From an uncultured Planctomycetia bacterium (GTDB taxonomy: Bacteria; Omnitrophota; Gorgyraeia; S143-82), in NCBI GenBank assembly GCA_964469495.1, contig CAYXYY010000011.1:30845-94844 (forward strand): a stretch of 64,000 nt of DNA. Reading direction: 5' to 3'. Below are positions 19,264-28,772 of the stretch, piece after piece; position 1 is the first letter of the stretch, and every line of letters begins with the position of its first letter. The notes beneath the pieces are model-generated. The model did not search any database. It saw only the letters and a list, made by a program, of their open reading frames with translations, and was not told the DNA's origin. The position numbers and the translations under genes are program-made.

Positions 19264-21474
19264 ATGGGCAGGGCAATAGTTTTTTTTAGCCCCAAAGGCG
19301 GTGTTGGAAATACCTTTCTTGCCACAAATCTTGCTATTGCTTTGCAGCAAAGGGCATATAAGGTCTTGTTGTTGGATGCGGCTTTCCCAATTGCCGGCGA
19401 TGTGGCAAGGTTGTTAAGCATATTCCCAAAACAGAGTATTCTGGATATCTTCTTCTCCGGTTATACTATCCCTTATGACAATCCGCAAATTATGTCCGAG
19501 TTCCTTGCAGATTATGTGACAAAGCATGATGTTGGTGTGGATGTCTTGCCTGCAATAATCAGCCCCGGCGAGATGAAGCATATCAGTGATATCAATCCCA
19601 GTTTATTTATGAGGAGCATTAGTGATATTTACGATTTTGTTATTGTTGATGCAGGAAAGGTCTTTTCATCTTTTTTAGTAAAGTTGTTGGACAATGCGAA
19701 CCTGGTGTTGAGTGTGGTTGTCCCGGATATACTCTCCGTTTATCAGACGAAGGCGGCATTCGGCACTTTTCAGGATCTGTTTTTCCCAAAGGAGATGTTT
19801 AAACTTATATTGAACAGGGCGGAAAGCAAAGGCGGTGTTGGCATAGCAGAAGTGAAAACCGTTTTGCCGCTGGACATTATAGCTAAAATTCCGAGTGAAG
19901 GCAGGCCGGTAGGACATTCTGTTAATTTTGGTGTGCCTGTTCTGTTGGAAGAACCGAATTCCCGCGTAAGCAGCGCAATCAGGGCATTGGCAGAGAATCT
20001 GCTGGAGCCCCATATTTACATAGATAAACTCCCTATTGATGAGTTGAAAAACAGAAGAAAGGAATCCAAACATGATGTATTGGTGTCCTTTTGGGAGGAT
20101 TACGGATTAGGCGTAGAGAAAAAACAAGTGGAGAGGATAGACGAACTTGTTCTATTAAAAAAACGGGTACATAGGAAGTTGATTGATAGGGTGGAGACAA
20201 AGAAATTTGACTTTTTTAATATGACAAGAGACGAGAGGAATAAGATAAGGCAGGATACAGAGAGGATTATAGGAGAGCTATTAAGCGAAGAGACAGGGGC
20301 ATTGGTTGATGATTATGAAAAGAGAAAAATTTTAGTCAAAGAAATAGCTGACGAGGCTCTTGGGCTCGGGCCGTTAGAGGACCTGTTAAAGGACCCGGAT
20401 ATCACGGATATTATGGTTAACAACAAGGAACAGATTTTTGTTGAAAAATTTGGAAAGCTGCAGTTAACTGACAAGAAATTTATCTCTAACGAACATGTTA
20501 TTCAAACTATAGAACGTATTATCTCTCCTCTTGGCAGGAGAATAGACGAATCAGTGCCTATGGTAGATGCAAGGCTTCCGGACGGCAGCAGGGTGAATGC
20601 CATAATACCTCCATTGGCGTTGAACGGCCCAATGCTTACGATTAGAAAGTTTGGAAGGGAGCAATTTATTGCAGATGATTTGGTAAAATTCGGGAGTATC
20701 ACACAAGATATAGCCGAATTTTTAAAGGCGTGTATTGTAAGCAGGAAAAATATCATAGTATCAGGAGGCACCGGTTCTGGTAAGACCACAGTATTGAATG
20801 CCTTTTCGCAATATATCCCGTCAAAGGAAAGGATTGTGACGATAGAGGATGCCGCTGAACTTCGTTTAAATCAAGAACATTGGATTAGGCTGGAATCAAG
20901 GCCTCCAAACATAGAAGGCAAGGGGCAGATAACTATAAGGGATTTGTTTAGGAACACGCTTCGTATGCGGCCTGACAGGATAATTATCGGTGAGTGCCGC
21001 GGACTAGAGGCATTGGATATGCTTCAGGCAATGAACACAGGCCATGACGGGTCATTGACAACTATCCACGCAAATTCAACGCAAGATGTTATCTCTAGGC
21101 TTGATTCTATGATCTTAATGAGCGGCATAGAACTGCCTGTAAGAACGATTCGTGAGATGGTTGCTTCGGCCATAGACATCATTGTGCATACGGCAAGGTT
21201 AAGCGATGGTTCAAGAAAGGTGATACAGATTACAGAGGTAATTGGCATGTCGGATGACATGATTAACCTAAATATGAAAGATATATTTGTCTTTGTTCAA
21301 AAAGGTGTGGATGAAAAGGGCAAGATCTTGGGAGAATTTTCTGCCACAGGATATATCCCGTCTTTTTATGAAGAATTGGGCCGTATGGGAATAAAGTTGA
21401 GTGAGGGGATGTTTGAGCCAAGGCAAGTATATTATGATATTGTTAAACAAGACAAAAAGCAAGAAACTCACTGA
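19264..21474 (+). CDS. cpaF: Fusion of a CpaE/TadZ-like ParA/MinD-family domain (degenerate Walker A, KGGVGNT) to a CpaF/TadA VirB11-family secretion ATPase
   Basis: The N-terminal ~250 aa have a deviant Walker A (SPKGGVGNTFLATNLA) where N replaces the usual K. The C-terminal half has Walker A GGTGSGKTT, Asp/His boxes (DRIIIGECRG, GHDGSLTTIHANS) and the CpaF signature. Confidence 0.8.
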   Translation: MGRAIVFFSPKGGVGNTFLATNLAIALQQRAYKVLLLDAAFPIAGDVARLLSIFPKQSILDIFFSGYTIPYDNPQIMSEFLADYVTKHDVGVDVLPAIISPGEMKHISDINPSLFMRSISDIYDFVIVDAGKVFSSFLVKLLDNANLVLSVVVPDILSVYQTKAAFGTFQDLFFPKEMFKLILNRAESKGGVGIAEVKTVLPLDIIAKIPSEGRPVGHSVNFGVPVLLEEPNSRVSSAIRALAENLLEPHIYIDKLPIDELKNRRKESKHDVLVSFWEDYGLGVEKKQVERIDELVLLKKRVHRKLIDRVETKKFDFFNMTRDERNKIRQDTERIIGELLSEETGALVDDYEKRKILVKEIADEALGLGPLEDLLKDPDITDIMVNNKEQIFVEKFGKLQLTDKKFISNEHVIQTIERIISPLGRRIDESVPMVDARLPDGSRVNAIIPPLALNGPMLTIRKFGREQFIADDLVKFGSITQDIAEFLKACIVSRKNIIVSGGTGSGKTTVLNAFSQYIPSKERIVTIEDAAELRLNQEHWIRLESRPPNIEGKGQITIRDLFRNTLRMRPDRIIIGECRGLEALDMLQAMNTGHDGSLTTIHANSTQDVISRLDSMILMSGIELPVRTIREMVASAIDIIVHTARLSDGSRKVIQITEVIGMSDDMINLNMKDIFVFVQKGVDEKGKILGEFSATGYIPSFYEELGRMGIKLSEGMFEPRQVYYDIVKQDKKQETH

Positions 21475-21478
21475 GAAT

Positions 21479-21772
21479 ATGTCTGTTGCCAGGACCTTCT
21501 TTCAAAAGGCAAAAGGCCTGTTAGGTTCTCTTTCTATTGCTGATGATTATGCCCTGCTTTTTGAAGCGTGCTCTTCAGTCCATATGATAGGAATGGTCTT
21601 TGCCATAGATGTGGTGTTTTTGGACAAGGGCAAAAGGGTATTAAAGGTGGTAAAGGCGCTTAACCCTTTTAGCTTTGCATTTGGCCCGAAGAGGACATTC
21701 TATACGATAGAGGCAAAGGCCGATACATTGTCTAATCAGATAGAACCGGGAGACGTATTAGAGTGGGAATAA
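21479..21772 (+). CDS. DUF192 family protein (COG1430)
   Basis: The segment ...RTFFQKAKGLLGS...HMIGMVFAIDVVFLDKG...FYTIEAKADTL...GDVLEW follows the DUF192 pattern. An ATG at 21479 is in frame. Confidence 0.6.
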   Translation: MSVARTFFQKAKGLLGSLSIADDYALLFEACSSVHMIGMVFAIDVVFLDKGKRVLKVVKALNPFSFAFGPKRTFYTIEAKADTLSNQIEPGDVLEWE

Positions 21773-23310
21773 AGCCGGCAAAGACGTTTTTGTTTTTCTG
21801 TGTTATGTTTCAATGCGCCATGGCATATGCCGGGTGGACGCAGTTGGGGCAAAGGGTATGCTCCGGCAGCATCTCGGCCATGTGCGCTTGGCATGGCGGC
21901 CTTTTGATATCATGTGATGATTATCTATATGAAAACACGGATGATATCTGGGCAAGGCGCGCGCGTATCAGGGGGCGGTTGTATGAGCCTTCACAGATTG
22001 TGCAGAGTAAATGGGGCGTGTTTGTTGCGACCAAACAGGGCATGTTTTGGGCGCAAAACCCTTCAGAAAGATTGACGAGGATCTTTAAGCCTGAGAAAAA
22101 GGCGGTTTACTCACTGGCCATTGGCAATAAGGGCTTGTTTTGCGGCACATCCCAACATGTTTTTCTTATCAGCCCTGGTGGGGAGGTCATCTCGGAATTG
22201 TTGGCCAGCAACAGCCCTGTTTTATCTATGTTGTTTGATGAAAAAACAGCTAATCTTATCTGCATAACAGAGCAGGGCATTGTGATCTATGATGTGGATA
22301 AAAGGCGGATTATTATGCATAGGGATCTGGGCAGGAATAATGAAGATGCGCGTTGGGACCCATCTGCTCATATCATAACAATAACCCGGACGGGCAGGGT
22401 TGTTTTTGCGTATAGAAACGATTTGTATGCCATAGACATAGAAAACAACGCGCTTTCTATGGTTGTCAGCCTGCCGTCGAGCGTAATGGCTATTGCGTCT
22501 GTTAAAGGCAAGGTTATAGCGGCCTGTGAAGGAAGCGTTTTTAAGATAGATGCGCTTCTTGAGCAGGCAGATAAATATCTCGTTGGGTTAGATGCAAAGA
22601 GATTTGTTGATATGGTAAAGGAAGAAAACAGGGTCTTCTTGGCTAGTGAAGATGCTGTATTTGTGTTAGATGCTGGTGAGCTGTCTTTTAAGGCGATTGA
22701 CAAGGATATAGATTTACTATACAGATACCTGTCTTTTGAGCCGGATATTATTTTACTTCAAGAAAAGGCTATGGAATATGCAGACGTGATGCCGGATAAA
22801 ATTAGGGAATGGAGGGCACTGCTTAAAAAACGCGCCCTTTTCCCGCAGGTATCGTTTGACATTGGCGGGGATAACAATAAAAGCGTTTCGGATACAGGGT
22901 CAGTGTGTTGCAGCGGTAGTTATGCGGTTGGGCCTGATGATAAGACCGTTAGCAAGAATCTGGACTGGCAGGTGAGTTTTGAATGGGACCTTGCTGACCT
23001 TATATGGGATCCCCAACACACCTCGATCGATGCCCGCTCGAAACTTACGGCTGAGCTCAGAGATGATATCTTGGACGATTTAAATCAGACGTATTATGAA
23101 CGCAGGCGCAGGCAACTAGAACTTTTATCCAATCCCCCGAGGGAATTGGATAAGGCCATTACTATTCTGTCTAAGATAGAGAGGCTGCGCGCTGACATAG
23201 ATGCGATGACAGGCGGATTTTTGAGCAGGTTTTTAAAACAGAACGGACATTACAATTGGGAAAGAGAGTTTATAAAGGAGGTATTGAGTGAAAAAAGAGT
23301 GGGAAAATAG
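21763..23310 (+). CDS. Hypothetical secreted protein (signal peptide; likely beta-propeller-like N-terminal region and a coiled-coil C-terminal region)
   Basis: It is a long ORF with an N-terminal hydrophobic signal. I recognise no motif. Confidence 0.45.
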   Translation: MGIKPAKTFLFFCVMFQCAMAYAGWTQLGQRVCSGSISAMCAWHGGLLISCDDYLYENTDDIWARRARIRGRLYEPSQIVQSKWGVFVATKQGMFWAQNPSERLTRIFKPEKKAVYSLAIGNKGLFCGTSQHVFLISPGGEVISELLASNSPVLSMLFDEKTANLICITEQGIVIYDVDKRRIIMHRDLGRNNEDARWDPSAHIITITRTGRVVFAYRNDLYAIDIENNALSMVVSLPSSVMAIASVKGKVIAACEGSVFKIDALLEQADKYLVGLDAKRFVDMVKEENRVFLASEDAVFVLDAGELSFKAIDKDIDLLYRYLSFEPDIILLQEKAMEYADVMPDKIREWRALLKKRALFPQVSFDIGGDNNKSVSDTGSVCCSGSYAVGPDDKTVSKNLDWQVSFEWDLADLIWDPQHTSIDARSKLTAELRDDILDDLNQTYYERRRRQLELLSNPPRELDKAITILSKIERLRADIDAMTGGFLSRFLKQNGHYNWEREFIKEVLSEKRVGK

Positions 23311-23935
23311 ATTGAATAAGATCCAGTCGTATTTTGTATCAGGCCTGGCAGTGGTATTCCCCATAGCGCTTACTTTTTATGCCATAGGCTTTATCTTTAA
23401 GTTCATAGACCTGATCGTCGGCAAATACATAAATTATGTCGTAAAACTCTCTTTGGGTTTTTCTATACCGGGCCTGTCTATAGTCTTGTCTATTGCCTTG
23501 TTGATACTAATGGGAATGGGCGCGAGGTATTTGTTTGCAAAGAAGGTTTTTGGATTTTTCGAAACAGTTATGGCGCGTCTGCCCCTGATTGGTAGGATAT
23601 ACAACTCAATTAAACGGGTTTCCGGTTATATATTTGAGACAAAGAGGCCTGAAGTAAAGAGTGTTGTGCTAATAGAATATCCTAGGAAAGGGATATATGC
23701 CATTGGTTTTTTGTGCCATACAAATATAGATGAGGCAAGACTAACCGGCAGAGGGAATCGTGAGTTTATGGCAGTGTTTGTGCCGACCTCGCCGACTCCG
23801 TGGAGCGGGTTCACTGAATTTATCCCTGCTGATGAGGTTGTCCCCTTGGCCATCTCCATAGAAGATGCCCTTGAGATAATCGTATCAGGCGGCGTGATGA
23901 GCCCTGATGAGTGGCAAAAAAACAAAGAGGCCTGA
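23288..23935 (+). CDS. DUF502-family membrane protein (COG2928)
   Basis: It has two N-terminal TM helices (VSGLAVVFPIALTFYAIGFIFKFIDLIVG...) and a conserved C-terminal globular part, about 215 aa. Confidence 0.55.
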   Translation: MKKEWENRLNKIQSYFVSGLAVVFPIALTFYAIGFIFKFIDLIVGKYINYVVKLSLGFSIPGLSIVLSIALLILMGMGARYLFAKKVFGFFETVMARLPLIGRIYNSIKRVSGYIFETKRPEVKSVVLIEYPRKGIYAIGFLCHTNIDEARLTGRGNREFMAVFVPTSPTPWSGFTEFIPADEVVPLAISIEDALEIIVSGGVMSPDEWQKNKEA

Positions 23936-23956
23936 TTTTTTAAACAGGCCCCTTTT
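23929..23956. terminator. Bidirectional rho-independent terminator between convergent genes: GGCCTG-loop-CAGGCC followed by CCTTTTG
   Basis: The hairpin plus T-run was read directly. Confidence 0.5.
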
Positions 23957-23982
23957 GATAAAAGCTATATAGTTTTTATGTT

Positions 23983-26900
23983 TTAATTAATGGTCTTATG
24001 GCTGTTGAAGAAGGACTCGTCGCTTGTCGTATACCATGTCTCAAAGGATGTCAATGTAAGGTCTCCGGGGGGATAATTGTTTGAATAGTCTTGGGCGATC
24101 GTTGTATAGTTTTGATAGCCGTTGTTTATGCTTCCGACCAGGTCATGATTTGAACCAAAACCACCGCCACTGCTTCCTCTCCAGTAGTCGGACCAATGCT
24201 TTGAGGTAGTCCCCTTTACATTGGGAAACATCCCTTTTTTGGTGATAGATAATCCGTTAGCTGGTTGTGAGCCATCGTTATTGAGGCGCCATGCTATGTT
24301 CTCAACTGTGATGCCTGTTGGATATCCGTCAGGCGTTATCAAAGATGCGTATATATGCATATCCCTGTCGTTATCATCAATCATAGGCATTGAACGTTTC
24401 TTTGGCCCGTCTATTGGGCTATGAGCCTTGGCAAAGCTGTCTCTGACATAATTTATAAGGCTATCCGGGTTGGTTGTATACCCAGGATATTGTTGTGGGA
24501 AATCATTAACCACATCAAAGTCATCTGAAAGTTCACAGTATTCCTTATCTACACGCTCTTTATAAGTATCTTCTTGCTCATCATAGTAATAATCATAATA
24601 TGCCTTTACAGCTGCGTCTATGACCTGAAGTTTTTCCTGTTTTACCTCCTCGCTATCAGAGGCCTTTGGCCATATATCGTCAGCGTATTTGACGTAGTCT
24701 TCAATGCCGGAATTTTTTGCATATTCGCTCAGGTATCTAAGCATTTGCGCTTTTTGCCAGCCTTCATAAAAATAAGGGTCCGCATATGCAGGCGCGTTGG
24801 CATAGGGATTTCTATCATCATAGGCAGGCAGGTTTGCATGCTTGCCCAAGAGGTATATCTCGCTATCGCTGATGATAGATGTGGGCTGCCAGTCCTGTTC
24901 ATCCTCGGCCTTGTCCTTTTGATAGTTTATATCGCCTTGAATAAACACAGGGTTTGGCGAGACGAATGTTATGCCGCCCTCTCTGGGAATAGTTTCCGCG
25001 TTTTTGATCTTCAGCGCCCGGGAAGAGTGATAATCGTGATCTTTGCTAGTAGGTTGTTCCTTGTAATTGACCCATATAATGCCGTTTGTTTGATTTATAA
25101 GGTTGATATTATTGGCAAGTTCAGCCACATCTATTGTAATGGTATCGGCATGGTATACAGTCGGCAAGGAATTGGGCCCAGCAGATTTCACGCCCGTTAT
25201 AAAGGATTCCTGCGCTATCCATGAGGGCGGTTGTATAAACATGGGGTTACCTTCATCATAAACCTTTGTGCCTTTTACGTAAACCGTCAGGTCCCCGTCG
25301 TCTTCATATCCTATCCAGATACCTCCTTCCTTTGCCTTGGAGCTAAACGTATTTTCTATCTCTACCATAGACATGTCTTTTGCGCCGGTATTCCTTTCCC
25401 TGATTTTTCCATAGAGGTTCATAGAGTTGTTATAGATATTGTTGCTAGCCAAGCTATAATTGCCCTCCAACCAGTTTCTAAACGCTTCTGCCTGGTTGGA
25501 ATAAGACGTGTTAAGGAAATTGACGTCTTTATTGTCATCCCAATGCACAGAGCCGTAATGTTGGTCTGCCGGGTCATCTCCCCTGTAGTATCCGTACTGA
25601 GCGTATTTGCGCGGGTCGTTGTAATAGTCATGCGGCATATTGTTAGGAGCTACCTTCCCCGTCCAATAGTTTGCATCACCCCAAAACCTGCGTTCGTATT
25701 CAGGGTTAAATGTCACTGTTTCTGTATGATTGGCGTCTATAGAAAATGTGTAGTTTATATCCTCCTTTACCTTTAATGTAGCGGTCTCAGCTGATTCATC
25801 CCAAGAATATTTAATAGTTATTTCAGGGGTGGGAGGTATGCCAAGGCTGGCATCGCCTGCGGCTGTGTCTATCCCGTCAAATACCTGAGCGAATATCTGA
25901 GGCTTGCCGTCAACGATTTTTACGTCATTGTTAGGGTCTTCATCGCTATTTAATGCCTCGTTTACTTTGGGGTTAGCTGTGATGTGCCATTTATCATGAA
26001 CATCTTGGTAATAAATCCGTATGTATTTTACGGGTTTTTCTTCTTGATGCGAGTCGTTCCACCAAATATCCTTTACCCCTTCATGCGAGTAGTCTCTATA
26101 GATAAACTTGGAGTAATTTGCATCCGATCCATTTTCGTTTTTAAGCCTTACCGGCGGGGCGACAGTGATATCATCGTTGATATCCTCTGTGCCATTTGTG
26201 AATACAAACCTTGCTGTATCGTATGGATCAGGATAGTTTTGGGCAAATATCCCATATGGACTTAGTCGATCATTGTACTCTCCATACCACTCAGACGATT
26301 TATCAGAAGGATACACCCCCCCAGGGTATGGAAAGGGCTCTGTTTTTGTGCTGATAGTCAAGAAGGCATACCCGTCCAATTGTTTATTGTTATAATCATA
26401 AAGATCGCACACATCTAGATAAAATGGTTCGTATTTGCCGACAGTCCTGACTTTAAAAACGCCTTCTGAGTTTGTGCTTACTAGTTTTGGGTCCTTTATT
26501 TTTGCTGGTCCATCAAATATGATGTCGCCATTGACGTATATCTTGCCAAACCCCTGGCAGTCATATGTATAATTGCTGTTACCAGGATACCAGTTGCCGT
26601 TTATGAACTTAAAATAGTTATACAGAGAGTCTGCGTTTATGCTGACTCTGACTACCTTTGTCTTGCCGTTTAGCTCTGCCTTTGACATAATCCACCTGAT
26701 AGAGCTATCATCGTCTGTCTTGTATATGCGGACCTTTATTTGGTCATTGCCAAGCGGCCGGTAAAAACCATTAGTGTCTATATCAGCGCCTGTAATAGAA
26801 GGATTTTTGGCCTTATCCGGATTACTATTTGGCATGTGGATGAATTGTCCATTTGGATTTACTCTATGCGTAAACCAGTTAAACCCGTGCATTTTTAGCT

Positions 26901-27096
26901 CAACAAAGGCGTAGTGTATGCCTCTCTCTGCCAAGTATGTGAGCTGTTGATCCTCTAAGATGTTTTCAGACATCTTTAGGTTGACTTGTTGGGTCTGTAT
27001 GATTGATACGATGCCGGCAATGACAAGCCCGTTGAGGATAAAAGACCATAATATCAGGGCCATTCCCTTGTCTTTTTTGAACCTGTTTCTCCTCAT
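23983..27096 (-). CDS. Giant (1037 aa) PilX_N/GspK-like minor (pseudo)pilin-anchored surface protein, a putative pilus-tip adhesin
   Basis: The N-terminus RRNRFKKDKG|MALILWSFILNGLVIAGIVSII is a GspK/PilX-type prepilin-like hydrophobic segment lacking Glu5. It is followed by the QQLTYLAERGIHYA PilX_N pattern. The remainder is a large N/Y/D/G-rich extracellular domain. Confidence 0.6.
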   Translation of the reverse strand: MRRNRFKKDKGMALILWSFILNGLVIAGIVSIIQTQQVNLKMSENILEDQQLTYLAERGIHYAFVELKMHGFNWFTHRVNPNGQFIHMPNSNPDKAKNPSITGADIDTNGFYRPLGNDQIKVRIYKTDDDSSIRWIMSKAELNGKTKVVRVSINADSLYNYFKFINGNWYPGNSNYTYDCQGFGKIYVNGDIIFDGPAKIKDPKLVSTNSEGVFKVRTVGKYEPFYLDVCDLYDYNNKQLDGYAFLTISTKTEPFPYPGGVYPSDKSSEWYGEYNDRLSPYGIFAQNYPDPYDTARFVFTNGTEDINDDITVAPPVRLKNENGSDANYSKFIYRDYSHEGVKDIWWNDSHQEEKPVKYIRIYYQDVHDKWHITANPKVNEALNSDEDPNNDVKIVDGKPQIFAQVFDGIDTAAGDASLGIPPTPEITIKYSWDESAETATLKVKEDINYTFSIDANHTETVTFNPEYERRFWGDANYWTGKVAPNNMPHDYYNDPRKYAQYGYYRGDDPADQHYGSVHWDDNKDVNFLNTSYSNQAEAFRNWLEGNYSLASNNIYNNSMNLYGKIRERNTGAKDMSMVEIENTFSSKAKEGGIWIGYEDDGDLTVYVKGTKVYDEGNPMFIQPPSWIAQESFITGVKSAGPNSLPTVYHADTITIDVAELANNINLINQTNGIIWVNYKEQPTSKDHDYHSSRALKIKNAETIPREGGITFVSPNPVFIQGDINYQKDKAEDEQDWQPTSIISDSEIYLLGKHANLPAYDDRNPYANAPAYADPYFYEGWQKAQMLRYLSEYAKNSGIEDYVKYADDIWPKASDSEEVKQEKLQVIDAAVKAYYDYYYDEQEDTYKERVDKEYCELSDDFDVVNDFPQQYPGYTTNPDSLINYVRDSFAKAHSPIDGPKKRSMPMIDDNDRDMHIYASLITPDGYPTGITVENIAWRLNNDGSQPANGLSITKKGMFPNVKGTTSKHWSDYWRGSSGGGFGSNHDLVGSINNGYQNYTTIAQDYSNNYPPGDLTLTSFETWYTTSDESFFNSHKTIN

Positions 27097-27243
27097 CTCA
27101 CACCCCTTTGTTTATGTATAACAATACCACATAGGCACTATATGCCTTGCTCATCTATAACTATAACCGCTTTTTGCGCATTGTCAACTTTTTAAATGGA
27201 ACTTTGGGCGGGCCGCGGGTCTGTTATTCTGTGTTTGCTATTC

Positions 27244-27272
27244 TTGGAGAAACGGTATTTTTGTAGTATAAT
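27244..27272 (+). promoter_or_regulatory. Putative sigma70 promoter for pgi: TTGGAG, a 17-bp spacer, TATAAT
   Basis: The hexamers were read directly about 40 nt upstream of the pgi start. Confidence 0.45.
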
Positions 27273-27314
27273 TCATAAGTCTTGTGTTTGGAGAAAAACC
27301 TATAGGAGGTCTGT

Positions 27315-28676
27315 ATGCGTATTGATTTTTCCAATCTCTTGTCTGTTAGGGTTGGCAGTCATGGGCTTGCCCCGGAGTTTGTTTCTGCTTATAGTGAAAA
27401 AATCGTGCCTTTTCACAACGATTTGCAGGAGAAAAGAAAGAGCGGGCAGTTGCCATTTTTTGAATTGCCTTATCAGGATGTGTCTAATGTGCTTGCATTA
27501 GCCGATGATGTCCGCAGGGATTTTGAGGCCTTTGTGGTTATTGGGATAGGCGGTTCAGGGCTTGGGAATGTGATGTTGCAGAGCGCTTTAAACGCTCTGT
27601 TTTATAACGAGCTTCCATCTGAAAAGAGAAATGGGCCTAAATTTTATGTCTTGGATAATGTGGATCCTGATAAGTTGATGGGGATTCTCTCTGTCATAGA
27701 GGTAGATAAGACGTGTTTTAATGTTATCAGCAAGTCCGGTTCAACGTCTGAAACTATGGCAAACTTCCTGATTGTCAGCAGGATTTTAAAAGAGAAGGGG
27801 TTAAACAATCCCAAGCAGGTTGTCATTACAACAGACCCAGAGAAAGGAGACCTGTTGGCAATTGCAAAAGAAAAGGGATTTAGGACGTTGGTTATTCCCC
27901 CGGGAGTTGGCGGCAGGTTTTCGGTTTTAACAGATGTGGGACTTTTCCCCGCGGCGGTTGCCGGAATTGATATCAATGCCCTGCTCGATGGCGCAAAGCA
28001 GATGGATTTGCATACGTCAAAGGCCAGTCTTGCAGAGAACCCGGCATATATGTTAGCTTTGACGCATTATCTTCTCAATGTGGATAAAGGCAAGTCTATA
28101 TCCGTGCTTATGCCGTATTCGGAGAGGTTATATCCGTTTGCGGACTGGTATAGACAGCTTTGGGCCGAGAGTCTTGGAAAAGATGGAAAGGGGCAGACCC
28201 CTGTTAAGGCATTGGGGACGGTTGACCAACATTCTCAGATACAGCTTTATAATGACGGGCCAAATGACAAGATTATTACATTTCTGGCAGTGGAGAGGTT
28301 CGCAGAGGATTTTGTCCTTACGGATGAATACCCGGGATATAAGGCGACTTCCTATTTTAACGGGCTCAAACTATCAGATGTGTTAAACAGCGCGCAGATA
28401 GGCACGACAACCGCGCTTACAAAGAAACAACGCCCAAATATGTGTATTACCATTGATTCTATTTCTGCCCAGAATATAGGGAAGTTGATATATCTCTATG
28501 AGGTTGCCACGGCGTTTAGCGGATATCTGTATGAAATAAATCCGTTTGACCAGCCCGGTGTTGAGGACGGCAAGAAGGCGATGTATGCATTGCTCGGCAG
28601 GGAAGGTTTTTCTGATCAGGCAGATGAGGTTCGAAAATACGCCTCTGCTGAGAGCGGTTTTGTATTAGAGGTTTGA
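27315..28676 (+). CDS. pgi: Glucose-6-phosphate isomerase (short bacterial/archaeal type)
   Basis: It has the VIGIGGSGLG PGI signature and the ...GGRFSVLT sugar-isomerase core, and is about 453 aa. Confidence 0.9.
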   Translation: MRIDFSNLLSVRVGSHGLAPEFVSAYSEKIVPFHNDLQEKRKSGQLPFFELPYQDVSNVLALADDVRRDFEAFVVIGIGGSGLGNVMLQSALNALFYNELPSEKRNGPKFYVLDNVDPDKLMGILSVIEVDKTCFNVISKSGSTSETMANFLIVSRILKEKGLNNPKQVVITTDPEKGDLLAIAKEKGFRTLVIPPGVGGRFSVLTDVGLFPAAVAGIDINALLDGAKQMDLHTSKASLAENPAYMLALTHYLLNVDKGKSISVLMPYSERLYPFADWYRQLWAESLGKDGKGQTPVKALGTVDQHSQIQLYNDGPNDKIITFLAVERFAEDFVLTDEYPGYKATSYFNGLKLSDVLNSAQIGTTTALTKKQRPNMCITIDSISAQNIGKLIYLYEVATAFSGYLYEINPFDQPGVEDGKKAMYALLGREGFSDQADEVRKYASAESGFVLEV

Positions 28677-28690
28677 TAAAGGAGGATTCT

Positions 28691-28771
28691 ATGTCTAAGA
28701 GAAAGAGGAAAGGCAAGTTGGGCTGGAGGTCTAAAAAGGCCAATCACGGCACAAAACCAAATAAGGGATAG
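28691..28771 (+). CDS. Small highly basic 26-aa ORF (MSKRKRKGKLGWRSKKANHGTKPNKG), possibly ribosomal protein bTHX-like
   Basis: A strong SD (AAAGGAGG) lies 6 nt upstream of the ATG. An R-x-G-K-x-(x)-W-R core resembles Thx (RRGKIWRG). Confidence 0.3.
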   Translation: MSKRKRKGKLGWRSKKANHGTKPNKG

Positions 28772-28772
28772 G

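Noticed and set aside
21401-21478. Longer 123-aa form of the DUF192 ORF starting at 21401 inside the ATPase gene
   Set aside because: That start overlaps the last 74 nt of the CpaE/F fusion. The in-frame ATG at 21479, right after its stop, gives the conserved DUF192 length.
27196-27501. 101-aa ORF overlapping the pgi promoter and start
   Set aside because: It is out of frame with pgi, has no RBS and has a Cys/Leu-rich composition. The promoter and SD fit pgi instead.
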